This document shows positions 40,926 to 51,900 of a DNA stretch of 64,000 nucleotides, piece after piece. A model generated the notes under the pieces. That model ran no database searches, had not been told where the DNA came from, and worked only from the letters and a program-made list of their open reading frames with translations. Made by a program: the position numbers and the translations under genes. Numbering within the stretch: the first letter of the stretch is position 1; each line of letters opens with the position of its first letter. This DNA comes from an uncultured Nitrospiraceae bacterium (lineage in GTDB: Bacteria; Nitrospirota; Thermodesulfovibrionia; Thermodesulfovibrionales; Dissulfurispiraceae), in assembly GCA_963705105.1 (NCBI GenBank), contig CAVPIW010000007.1, forward strand, positions 128,001 through 192,000. Reading direction: 5' to 3'.

Positions 40926-40953
40926 TTACTGTCTAATGAATTGTCCGGGATGG

Positions 40954-42489
40954 TCAGAGCGGGATGACCGACACCTTGTTCTTGCCCGTCTTCTTTGACT
41001 GGTACAGCGCCCTGTCCGCCGCGTCAAGGAGGTGCTCCTTCGTTGCCGCCTGATTGGCGGGATCAAGCGTCGAGACGCCGATGCTTATGGTGATCCTGAT
41101 GCTGTCATTCTCAAGGGTGATTGCCGTCGCTTCGATCTTCTTCCTCAGGCGTTCGGCGAAGACGGCCCCCGATTTCAGGTCCGTCTCCGGCAGGAGGACG
41201 AGGAACTCCTCCCCGCCGAACCGGGCGGCGGTATCGCAGGACCGGATCGAATCCCTGATGCACCGTGCAATGGACCGGAGAACCACATCCCCCTGGACAT
41301 GGCCGAAGGTGTCGTTCACTTTCTTGAAATCATCGACATCGACGAGGGCGATCGACAGGGGGTGGCGGTAACGGCGCGATTTTTCGAACTCCTTCATGAG
41401 GATTTCTGCAAGGAACCTGCGGTTATATAGCCCGGTGAGACTGTCGACGAAGGCCAGGTCCCTCAATTGCCTGTTCATGTCCTTCAGCTCCTGGGCCAGG
41501 TCCTCGGCCCTTTTCTTTTCCTCCATGAGCTCGAGCACGATCTGCTCATAGGAGAGGTTCATCTTGCTCAGCTCCTCGTTCGCCTCCTGGAGAAGCTGTG
41601 AGTATGTCTTTATCTGCTCGGAGCTGAGTTCATAGGCGGACAGCAGTTCCGACGTCTTGATCGCAGCTTCGTCGACGAATGAATCCACATCGATCGTGCC
41701 GGTGCCGATTCTCTTCCCCGCGAGATCACGGAGTTCCCGCATCTTGCCGGAACCTTTCTTTCCGTGATAAATGGCGGAGACGTAGTCGGCGATTTCGAGG
41801 ATCCCGACAATATCGGCGATGGTCCTGGGAGCCCCACCATCAACGTGGTGGTGTGCGATGGGCAGGCATATGCTATCAGGGATCCCCCATCTCCGGAGCA
41901 CCTCATACCCGATTTCCTGATGATCGAACCCGAAAACGGAACGCTCGAGGGCGCATTCATCCGAATCGGAGAGATTGCTTTCATAGTGAACGGTCAGGTA
42001 ATCGTCGGGCCGGCTCATGAACATGACGACCTTACCGATGTCCGCCAGGAGGGCGCATATGTAGACATCGTCCGACCACCTGCGGAGGAGCCTCCCGAGG
42101 ATATTGGCGGCAACTGCCCGGGTAAGGGCGTTCTTCCAGAAGAGATCATAATCGAACCCATCCTTGCTGCTGCCCCGGAAACTGCTCGCTATGACGAAGG
42201 ACAGGGCGATATTCCTGATGGCGTTGACACCGAGGATATTGATGGCCCTGCTGATGCTGTCGACGGTCTGCGTCGATCCGAAGACGGGGGAGTTGGCGAT
42301 GCTCAGGATCTTGATCGTGAGTGCCGGATCGGAAGCGATGATCTCTTCGAGCTCCGAAAAAGAGAGGTTCTCCTCTTTCGTCTTCTTCATGATCCTGATG
42401 GCGATGACAGGCGGTGTGGGTAACTTTGCATTCCCTTTGAGCAGCTGATCGAGTGAACTCTTCTTCGGATCTTTCGTTTCTGACAACAT
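40954..42489 (-). CDS. HDOD-GGDEF diguanylate cyclase
   Basis: DPALTIKILSIANS (HDOD), DSLTGLYNRR, RSCD I-site, GGEEF; start moved to the ATG after a GGGGAG RBS. Confidence 0.93.
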   Translation of the reverse strand: MLSETKDPKKSSLDQLLKGNAKLPTPPVIAIRIMKKTKEENLSFSELEEIIASDPALTIKILSIANSPVFGSTQTVDSISRAINILGVNAIRNIALSFVIASSFRGSSKDGFDYDLFWKNALTRAVAANILGRLLRRWSDDVYICALLADIGKVVMFMSRPDDYLTVHYESNLSDSDECALERSVFGFDHQEIGYEVLRRWGIPDSICLPIAHHHVDGGAPRTIADIVGILEIADYVSAIYHGKKGSGKMRELRDLAGKRIGTGTIDVDSFVDEAAIKTSELLSAYELSSEQIKTYSQLLQEANEELSKMNLSYEQIVLELMEEKKRAEDLAQELKDMNRQLRDLAFVDSLTGLYNRRFLAEILMKEFEKSRRYRHPLSIALVDVDDFKKVNDTFGHVQGDVVLRSIARCIRDSIRSCDTAARFGGEEFLVLLPETDLKSGAVFAERLRKKIEATAITLENDSIRITISIGVSTLDPANQAATKEHLLDAADRALYQSKKTGKNKVSVIPL

Positions 42490-42693
42490 GTGACTCCCCT
42501 TCGGCATAATGGTTACGGATTGGGAATTTTCACCTGCGGTGTACCGCACTATTCTATCTTTATCTTATCGGCAAATGGAAGCTTTTCTTGCGCCCCGGGG
42601 CATCCGTCTCTTTGCAGAAGGGGTGCCTTTTGCTGTACAATGGTCGGCGGACGATCATGCTGATTTCATAGATGTTTTTCAATTCCCGGAGCG

Positions 42694-42987
42694 ATGATGA
42701 AACGACAATATGAGTTCCTGAAAGACTTGAGCCAAAACTTCTCCGGCGAGGCCCGCCTGTACCGGGTCGATCCGCCTGCGGAATACCTCGAAAGCGAGGA
42801 GCAGTCCCGCCTCACTCCTTACGTCGTCGCCTCGGCGACGCTTGTGCCCATGCACGGTCCCCAGGTGTTCATTTTTCCTGCCGATGAAAAGGGAGACCTC
42901 CTCGAATGGGGAGAGATCGGCGGGAGGAAAGGGACCCTCGATATCGATCTCGTCATGCGCGAATGGACGGAAACGACTGAAGGATAA
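42694..42987 (+). CDS. Hypothetical protein
   Basis: 97-aa ORF filling the gap before the convergent dinG; plausible composition, no family recognised. Confidence 0.65.
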   Translation: MMKRQYEFLKDLSQNFSGEARLYRVDPPAEYLESEEQSRLTPYVVASATLVPMHGPQVFIFPADEKGDLLEWGEIGGRKGTLDIDLVMREWTETTEG

Positions 42988-42993
42988 CGACAG

Positions 42994-44862
42994 TCATGCA
43001 ATGCTTTTCATAAAGAGAGGACCGTAGCTCTTCCGCTCGATCCTCTCATCGCAGATGACCACCCTCCCCCGGTCGTCCGACGACCTGATGAGCCGTCCGA
43101 AGCCCTGCCTGAACTTGAGGACCGCCTTCGGGAGCGAATACTCGAGAAACGGGTTGCCGCCCCGATTCGCAATCTCCTCCGTCCTGGCCATCACGATCGG
43201 CTCCGTCGGCACCTCAAAGGGGAGCTTTGTGATGATCAGGCACCTGAGCGAGTCTCCTTTCACGTCGATGCCTTCCCAGAACGAATCGAGGCCGAAGAGG
43301 ACGGCATCCCTCGTCTCGCGCATTATGTCGAGCATCATGCGGTTGGGGAGTTCACCCTGGATCATCGGGTTCCGCCCGAGCGTCCTCAAGGGGCCGGCAA
43401 TCAGCATCCACGTCCTCTGCATGCTGTCGCGGGATGTGAAGAGAACGAGTATCCCGCCGTCCCCCTTTTGAGCCTCTTTGATGATGACCTGTCCCAGTTG
43501 CTCCGCGCCCCGGGGATCGTTCAGATCGATGCCGCTCCTGACGGAAACCTCTACCTGACTGGAAACGTCAAAGGGCGACGGCACTGCCACCGCTTCAGCG
43601 TCGGTGATGCCGAGGACGTCCCGGATCAGGCGAAAATCACCTGAGACCGATAGGGTGGCGGACGTGAATATGACCGCATTGTGGCTGCCGAGGATCGAGT
43701 GTTGAATAAGTTCACGGGGATAGACGGGTGACATCCTGAGGGTGATCCTGTCATTGTCCGTTTCGATCCAACGCACAAACCCTGAGACCTCCTTCGGCAC
43801 TGTCTCGAGGGCGTCGGCGCAGGCGGAGAGCTTCTGCATCGCCCCCGCGAGCTCGATCTCGTCATCCTCTTTGAATAGTCCCGTGACGGACGCCCTCACA
43901 TCGGTGATGAATGATCTCATGGACTGAGCGAGATGCATCATGATGTCTCCCGATCTCATGTCACCCCGGATCGCTGTCCTGTGTCTGAACTCGTTTTTCG
44001 CCGAAATCCAGAGGAGGGCCGCCTCGGACCGGAGCGCCTCGATGCGCTGAAAAAAATGGGGCGACTGGGCGAGGAGTCCCCGGTAATGACCCCTTGCATC
44101 GGTCCTGAGAAGCCTGTTCATGACCTTCTCGAGGTACCTGCTCGTGAGCGTAATGCCGGCGACGTCCGTGACGGCATGATCGAGGGTGTGCCCCTCGTCG
44201 ACAATGAGCACCTCCGTGTCGGGAAGCAGCTTCGAGTCGCCGGGGAGCAACGCATTTATGCCGAGCAGGGCGTGATTGGTGACGATGATCTGTGCGTCAT
44301 GCCACCTTTTTCTCGCCCTGTAATAGAAGCATTCCCTGTAGAATGAGCAGGCATTGGCCAGACAGGCGTCGGCGTCGGAGGAGACATCCTCCCAGAGACG
44401 CGACGGCCCCGCGAAATCCTCGCGGTCCCCGCTCTCTGACGCCGAAGCCCATTGGGTGAGCCTCTTCAGCTCTTCCGTCGCGCCGTTGTCCGTCCCTTGC
44501 AGCCCCCGGAGCCTCCTCAGGCAGATGTAATTGCTTCTGCCCTTCGCGATGGCATACGTGAAAGGATGGATACCGGCGAGGAGGCGGAGGTCTTTCGAGA
44601 CGAGCTGTTCCTGCAGGTTTTTCGTCCTCGTCGAGACGAGACTCTTTTTGCCGGACAGAATGACCGGAATGAGATAGGCAAAGGTCTTGCCCGTGCCTGT
44701 CCCCGCTTCCGCGAGAAGAGTCCCGCCCTCCCCGACAATGCGGGCGCAGGCATCCATCATCTGCACCTGGCCGGCCCTGACCTCAAAGTCCCGGAGAACT
44801 CCCGCGACACCGCGCTCAAGGAATTCACGGGACATTGTGGACAGTGGATTATCCGCCTCCAC
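42994..44862 (-). CDS. DinG/YoaA-family Fe-S DNA helicase
   Basis: EAGTGTGKT, KGRSNYIC, Cys cluster, DEGH, TSATL, FWEGID, QGFGRLIR. Confidence 0.95.
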   Translation of the reverse strand: MEADNPLSTMSREFLERGVAGVLRDFEVRAGQVQMMDACARIVGEGGTLLAEAGTGTGKTFAYLIPVILSGKKSLVSTRTKNLQEQLVSKDLRLLAGIHPFTYAIAKGRSNYICLRRLRGLQGTDNGATEELKRLTQWASASESGDREDFAGPSRLWEDVSSDADACLANACSFYRECFYYRARKRWHDAQIIVTNHALLGINALLPGDSKLLPDTEVLIVDEGHTLDHAVTDVAGITLTSRYLEKVMNRLLRTDARGHYRGLLAQSPHFFQRIEALRSEAALLWISAKNEFRHRTAIRGDMRSGDIMMHLAQSMRSFITDVRASVTGLFKEDDEIELAGAMQKLSACADALETVPKEVSGFVRWIETDNDRITLRMSPVYPRELIQHSILGSHNAVIFTSATLSVSGDFRLIRDVLGITDAEAVAVPSPFDVSSQVEVSVRSGIDLNDPRGAEQLGQVIIKEAQKGDGGILVLFTSRDSMQRTWMLIAGPLRTLGRNPMIQGELPNRMMLDIMRETRDAVLFGLDSFWEGIDVKGDSLRCLIITKLPFEVPTEPIVMARTEEIANRGGNPFLEYSLPKAVLKFRQGFGRLIRSSDDRGRVVICDERIERKSYGPLFMKSIA

Positions 44863-44883
44863 CCCGTCTATCCCATGCGCCGG

Positions 44884-45579
44884 TCACGCACAGAAACCGG
44901 ACCTGCATTGATAGCGATGCGACGAGCGGACGATCTCCGTCAGCCACCTGCTTCGTTCTTCGGACAGCCCGTAGAGCCCGATCTCCTGCTCAAGCTGTTC
45001 CGGATAGCCGTAGCCCCCCAGAAATCCGTTGACGCGCGCCGCGGCCGTCGAGTTCACCAGGTCTCTGAATATGGTGTACATGGACCTTAATTCACCCATG
45101 AACTCGGGAAACCTCTGAAGGGCGTGTTTCTGGTGATACTCCTCGGCAAGGAAGAACCTTTCGTAGGTGACAATCTCCGTCGTGATGCTCCGGCCGAGCC
45201 GCGATTCCTCCCTCTCCTTCAGCTCCCGTGCGAGAGTCTCCTGCTCACCGCTGTGACAGAAAACGATATGGGCGTATTGACGGGACCAGGAACGCCGGAA
45301 AGGATCATGGCAGGACCAGAAGGCATCGAGAAGAGACTTGTAGGTCACCGTCGCGGGATCGAAATCGATCTGGACTGTTTCGGCATGGTCGCCCAGGCTG
45401 TGATAGGTCGGGTACGCCGTCGAACCGCCGGCATATCCGACGCGGGTCCTCACGACACCCGCCCTGCTCCCGAACTGGGAGTCCGGTCCCCAGAATCAGC
45501 CGAGGGCGAACGTCGCCGTCTCGATGCGCAGGGGCACCTGACTGTCGATAGGGGGGATGTTGGATCTGATAGGCATCAT
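44884..45579 (-). CDS. msrA: Peptide methionine sulfoxide reductase A, probable selenoprotein (G-U-FWG)
   Basis: GCC CTC GGC TGA TTC TGG GGA places UGA (45496-45498) at the catalytic Cys of GCFWG; downstream TRVGYAGG, DHAE, AEEYHQK in frame; hairpin at 45467-45481. Start codon approximate. Confidence 0.9.
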
Positions 45580-45623
45580 CCGATAGATCCATTGTACCAT
45601 CATTGGTGTCCAAAATAACGCGA

Positions 45624-45685
45624 CACGAGGATAGGGCATGATTTCTTCGCATAATAAACCCTCATCACCGCAATGAGATCTCAGG
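45624..45685 (+). repeat. 62-bp direct repeat, left copy
   Basis: Matches 55785-55846 with two mismatches. Confidence 0.92.
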
Positions 45686-45855
45686 AAAGACGGGGCGAAT
45701 GCGCCGAAAAGCATCGGTGCTGCGAAACCTCTGCCTTCCCGTACAGACCATTGCAAACCAACGATCGAACAAGATTAACCTTTTACGGACACTCACACTG
45801 ACACTGACACTGTTTTTCGGAGCGTTTTGCACCGTCTTTTCGTGCAAGGCAACCG
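45685..45855. repeat. MITE family composite copy
   Basis: GAAAGACGGGGCGAATGCGCCGAAAAGCATCGGTGCTGCGAAACC (cf. 6802-6845) and ACACTG run (cf. 7057-7135). Confidence 0.75.
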
Positions 45856-45960
45856 TGAATTATGCTTCAGAAACCACACCCTATCCTCGTTTTCAAAGTC
45901 CGGCTGCACAATATTTTGGACAGGGGTGTTGTACCATACGGCTTCACGCCCTTCCCCTTC

Positions 45961-48900
45961 CTATCGCACCCCCGTCGTGCAGGAGAGATTTTTCGGTTCC
46001 GAGAAGGTGATGACGACGACGCGGTTCTGCTGCGACGGATCGAACTCCCACCGGCATTCCGTCAGCTTCTGACCGTTCCTGCCGGCGGAGAACCTGACCG
46101 TCCTGATGCCCCCTGACGACATCTGGTATGTCGTGTTCTTCTTCTCTCCCGGCATGATGCGGTTCGTCGGCCCGAACTGTTCCGAGTCGATGGCGATGTG
46201 GACCGGGTTCGACGAGGTGTTCTTTATCTCGGCAGAGAGGTTGCGATATCCGGACGTTGTCTGGCTCCCCGACGACTGCTGCGTTCCTCCCTGTGTCGAC
46301 GTGCCTGCTCCTGCCGGGTAGCCCTCGACGCGGCTGTGACCTGCGCCGCCTGAGCCCTGATTCTGCGCCCACGTGGACGGCTGGGAGTCGGCAATGGTGT
46401 ATGTGCCCGCCGGTATCGTCACATTCGGATAGACTCTCCAGTACGCGTTTTTCACCCCGCCCTGCCCCGGCGAGCCCGTTGCCTGCCAGGGGCCGTACGT
46501 TTTTCCGCCGCTTCCCTTGAGCGAAATACTCCCCGGTGACGATGTCCCTGAACCGTTGTTCCAGTGGTAATTCTGGATCATCGTGACGACATGAGACTGG
46601 TTGATGGTAAAGGTCGTCGCTTTCGTCGGCGCATTGTACACGCCGCCTATATTGCCGTTGTCAAAGATGACCCTGCCGCTTTGTGGCGGAGTAGACTCGC
46701 CTGCTCCCGTCCCGTTATCACTCACTGAGGACCCTCCCGCCGTCCCGGACTTTATGAGTGTTATGCCTCTCAGACAGAAGCCGGGGGCGGCGTCACCGTG
46801 GTAATATTTCTTGTCGAAATCGTGCTGCCGGAAGCGGATGCCTGTGACGACGCTTCCTGACGGCAGCGGAAAGACGTTCAGCCATCTCTTGTCTCCGAGA
46901 TGTGAATCCTTCGGAAACTGGTGATCGGCGCCGCTCCCCTCGCTCCTGTTCCATTCGGACGAGTGCACACCGGCCTTGATGTCGAAGACGCGGTCACCTG
47001 TGGTGGTCTGGACGGTGATCGTCGTGACGGTCATGCCCTGTTTCACGTTGTGGGCGTTGTCGAGATTGGAGACAATTGCGATGGAATTGGCCGTCACCGG
47101 TGATGGCAGCGGGACGGCGAGGCTCATCCTCTTCTCGTGAGTCGCCTTGAGCCTGATCCATGAACCGTCATCAACTTCGATGTCCTTCACCTTCCGGGCC
47201 GATCCCTTCTTGCCGCCATAGGGAGTAAGGTCGACGTGGTAATACGGCGATGACACGGGCGTCCTGATGTCGTCCTTTGTCGGCGTCTGCACCGGCGGCC
47301 TTGTGTCAGCGGGATCCGGCGGCGGCACGACAGGGTCGGCCGGAGGTTGTACGGTGTTCGCCGATGCGATCACCCTTTCCAGGTCCTTCGTCGCGGCGAC
47401 CCGCTTGTCGCTTGACCAATAGGAGAGACTTTCCCTGCACTTTGCAAGGGCTTCTTTATTCCTGCCCTGTTTCGCCAGCGCGGAACACTCGTCCCAGAGC
47501 CTGTCCGCCGTCGCCCTGTTCTGCTGTTCCCTCTTTGTCTGCGCCACCTGTGCTTCCATATCCTTCACAGCGGCCTGACGTTTCTCACTGCTCCAGTGTG
47601 TGAGGCTTTCCCGGCACTTCGACAATGCGCCTTCCAGGTTGTTCTGTTTCGCCAGGCCCGAGCATTGATCCCACAGCTCATCGGCTGTCCTCTTCTTCGC
47701 CTCTTCCTGCTGTCGCTTCGCCTCTTCCTGGGCGACGGTCCGCTCCATGTCTTTGAGTGCGGACGTTCGTTTGTCGTTCGGCCAGAGCTTCACGCTCTCG
47801 TTGCACTTGGCAAGTGCCTCGCTGTTCCTGCCCTGCTTCGCCAGTGCGCTGCACTCGTCCCAGAGCCGGTCCGCAGCGGCCTTTTTCTCTTCGTCCTGCT
47901 TCTTCTTACCCTGCTCCTGGGCGACGAGTTTCTCCAGGTCGCGCACGACTGCCGACCTCTTCTCGTCAGGCATGATGGCCACGCTCTCGCGGCACCTGGC
48001 AAGGGCCTCGCTGTTCCTGCCCTGCTTCGCCAGCGCGCTGCACTCGTCCCAGAGCTTGTCCGCCGATTTTTTAGTTTTATCCTGCTCCTCCTGCTCTTTT
48101 TTAACCTGCTCGTCTTTCAGCTTCTTGTCTTCGGCGAGCTTTTGTGCGAGGACCTGCTCGGTCTCCACCACCGTCTTGTATTTCGCGTTGATGCGCTTCG
48201 CCTGTTCGAGGGCGGTCTTCGCCTCGTCGAACTTCTTCGCCTTGATCTGGTCCTGGGCCTTCGAGACATGGGCGTTGATCTGCTGCAGGTCCGACGACCA
48301 TTTCTGCCCGAGCTTCGGGGCGTCCTCGTTCTTCGGGTCGATCTTCTTGGCGTCATTGAGCAGGGCAATCGCCTCCTCGATCTTCCCGTTTATGTACAGG
48401 CCTTCAGCCTGCTTCACTTTCTCATGGGCGGCCTTCATGTCTCCCTGTTTCTTCGCCTTCGTGTCGGCAATCTGCTTTTCCGCATCCACCACGGGTTGGT
48501 ATTTGGGGTGAATCGCCTTTGCCGCCGCAAGGGCCTTTTCGGCTTCCGCAAGGTTGTCGGCCTTGAGGGCGTCCTTCACTTTCGCCACATCGGTGTCGGC
48601 CTGCTGCTTCTCCCTGGTCCACTTATCGGCAAGGAGCCTCGCTTCGCCGTTTTTCGGGTCTATCTTCGCTGCCTCATTCGCGAGCTGGATACCCTCCTGG
48701 AGTTTCCCCTGGGCGACGGCCTTGTTCGCCTGGTCGAGCTTCTCCGCCGCTGCCTTCACCTTTTCGTTCTTCTTCACCCGTGCGTCGGCGAACTGCTTTT
48801 CGGCGTCGACGACGGGCTGGTATTTGGGATGAAGCTTCTTCGCCTCCGTCAGCTCCCTGGCTGCATCTTCAAGCTTTTCGGCCTGGAGGAACGACTTCAC

Positions 48901-51900
48901 CTTCCCGACGTGGTCGTCCGTCGTCTGCTTCTCGGCGCTCCACTTGTCGGCCAGTTGTTTTGCCTCGGTGTTTTTTGAATCGAGACCCTGGGCCTCCTTC
49001 GCGAGGGCGATGCCTTCCTGGAGCTTCCCCTCGGTGACGAGCTGTTTCGCCTTCTGCAGTTTCTCGTGCGCCTCTTTCGCCTTCTTGCCGCTGTTGATCA
49101 TCTCCTGCGAAATCGAGACAGTCAGGGTCTGGGAACCCGCGCCGAGCTTGATCCCGTCCTTTGTCGCCTCAGCCGTGATCGTGTAGGTCCCCGTGTTGCT
49201 GCACTGGACCCTCAATTCGGAACCGCCGCCCGGCATCCCGCAGCTTCCCGAGGGGTCCACCGTCCAGTTATAGTTGACGCCCTCGACGGCAGGTGTCACC
49301 GACGCCTTGAAGAAGATCGCTTCATGAACGGCGAACTGCGTCGGTTTTACCTGCACCATGCCGCAGTCCTTCGCGTGGCCCAACTGGGTGTCGCACTTCC
49401 ATATCTGCGGAGGGGTGCCGAGGTATTTCGGCTCCGAGACGGTCACGGTGTAACCAAGCGGCGTAATCGTCACCTGTTGCTTGCCCAGTTCATCGCCGCC
49501 GTCGACGGCCTTTGCCGTCACCGTCGCCGTGATCGGCTTCGTGTCCTTCGGCTTGATCGTCGCCTTGCTCCCGGTGCCGGTGTGATATCCCGGGATGTCC
49601 CAGAAGAGCGAGACCATGCTCTCTCCCATGGGCGGCTTCGTGACGGCGCTCAGGAAAAGCTCCTTCCCGAGATAGGCCTCTTTGGGCGTATAGGTGATGA
49701 TAACCTCAGGGTTTACCGCCTCGACGGTGATCTGCTCCGACTCCCCAACGGTGGCGAAGCGGCCCTCGATCTCCTTGAGCACCTGCACCCAGACCTTCGC
49801 CGGCCCGGGACGGGAAAAGCGGGCGCTGTTGCGCATCTGAGAACCGCCCGTCTGCTCGAAGGTCGGGGTCTTCGGATCGCCGAAGGCCAGTTCGGGATGG
49901 GGCTGCCACTGGTACTTGAAGCTGCCGCCCGCATTGTTCTTGCCCGACATGACATTGGCGATAAACTTCGCCGTGCCGCCCACGGGAATCGTGTCTTCCT
50001 TGGGCGACTCCTTCTCCAGCTTGACGATGATCGCCTGCACCTGGATAGTCACGGTATCGGAGGCCGAGTTTCCGTCCTGGTCCGTCACCGACACCGACAC
50101 GGAGCCGCCGCCCGCCGTCCTGGTTTTGACGAACTTCGCGTTGGCGTCTTTCGCGTCTTCCGCGGCGCCGCCCCAGGTCCACTTATTGCCGCCCGAACCA
50201 CCCGTCGTCTCGGCATAGAGCGTCACGATATCGCCGAACTCGGCGGGGTTCTTCGACGGCTTGATCTTCACCTTCAGGGGATCGGTGTGCTTCCGGTTCT
50301 CGTTCTTGCGGTCCTTGTCCGCATCTGCCAGCTCCTTGTCGCTCGGGTCATGGCCGTAGGCGCCCTTGTAGCAGGACTTCACATGATCGGGCGGCCCGCC
50401 GGGAACGGGCGTCCTCCAGCCGCTCAGCCATCCGAAGCAGACGCAGGGCCCGCCCTTCTCCGTCGTGCTCGGCCCGTAGTAGCCGCCGGCGGTCCCGCCG
50501 CAGGCCCTGCAGAGGCAGTTCAGATAATCGGTCCTCTTGTCCGCCTCGGTCTTCGGCGGTGTGCATACCTGCTCCAATGCGGGCTTATCCCTCTCAACGC
50601 ATCCGGCCGGTTCCTTCGCGATGACGGACCGGGTCTGTATCTTCTTTTCCCGCGGGCACTCGCCCCACTCGGAATACTTGTACGTGCAGACAGGCGGCTC
50701 CTTCTTCCCGTCATCCTTCTTTCCGCTATCCGTCTTTGTATCCTCGGGCTTTGTAACGCCTGTGATGTCGTCCCCCGGCCTTGTATCCTCAGGCTTGGCT
50801 CCGTCAATCTTCTTGTCGTCAGGCTTGTCCTTCTTCTTCGTCACATAAACAGTCGCATGGGTCTCGGCCTTCCTCCCCTTCTCATCGGTCACCGTGAAGG
50901 GGACAGTCACCCAGTTCTCGTTGTCCCTGAAGGACGTCTCCGGAAAAGTGACGACCGTCTGGCCCGGCGGCATTCGGACGCCGTTGAAGGACAGACTGCC
51001 GCTGTCCTTCAGGGGAACAGCGGTGACGACAAACGTTATGGTCTGATCGTTCATGATGCTCGCGTTTTCAGGCACGACGGAGACCTGGAGCTTCGGGCTC
51101 AGGTCTGCATCGACCACCTTTACAGGCGCTGTCTCCTTTTCGGCGGACCTGCCGAACTTGTCGCGCACCACCACCTTCAGCCGCACCGTCTGCCCTGCCA
51201 GGCCCCGCGTCGACAGGTTGCTGCAGCGCGTCACCGTGTTGGGACGCCAGAATTTGCCGTCCTCGTCGAACCATTCAAAGGCGAGCCTGTCGCCGGGGTC
51301 TCCCGGCCTCAGGGCGGGGCTCTCGACGCAGACGACGAGGGTCTTGTTGTCCTCGATCTCCTCGGGAACAGGACCGAGCTTTATGACGATGTCTCCCTCA
51401 GGCCCGACAGTGAGGGATTTTGCGGCCTTGCCTTCCCTCAGGATCTGCCCGTAGGTCGGGCTGCCGGGCGTGTTCCCGATGTCCAGGACGAGGAGCGTCA
51501 CGTCGATCCTGTCTCCTTCCCTGTATTTCCGGGGATCGAGCTTGACGGACTGAACCGTTTCGCTGCTGACCCAGGGAGCGCCGCCGTTTGTGACGACGGT
51601 CCACTGGTATTTCATCCTGCCGCTGTCGACCTTCCTGATGACATCGGACTTCAGGGTCACCGGGTCTTCACCAGACAGAACCGTAATCTCGGCGGGCAGG
51701 ATGCGGACCGTCAGTTCGTCCTTGTCACTGTCGGAAACGGTGACGGGCAGATGGAACTCTTCGGTATACCCCATGCTTGTCCTGGCCTTGACGCCGATAG
51801 TCACCTTTTTTCCCTTTCTGCCCAGGCCCGAAAACTGGTACGTGCTCCCGGTGAATTTTATGTTCCTCTTGCCGTCCTCGGACCAGGCGTATTCGAGGAG

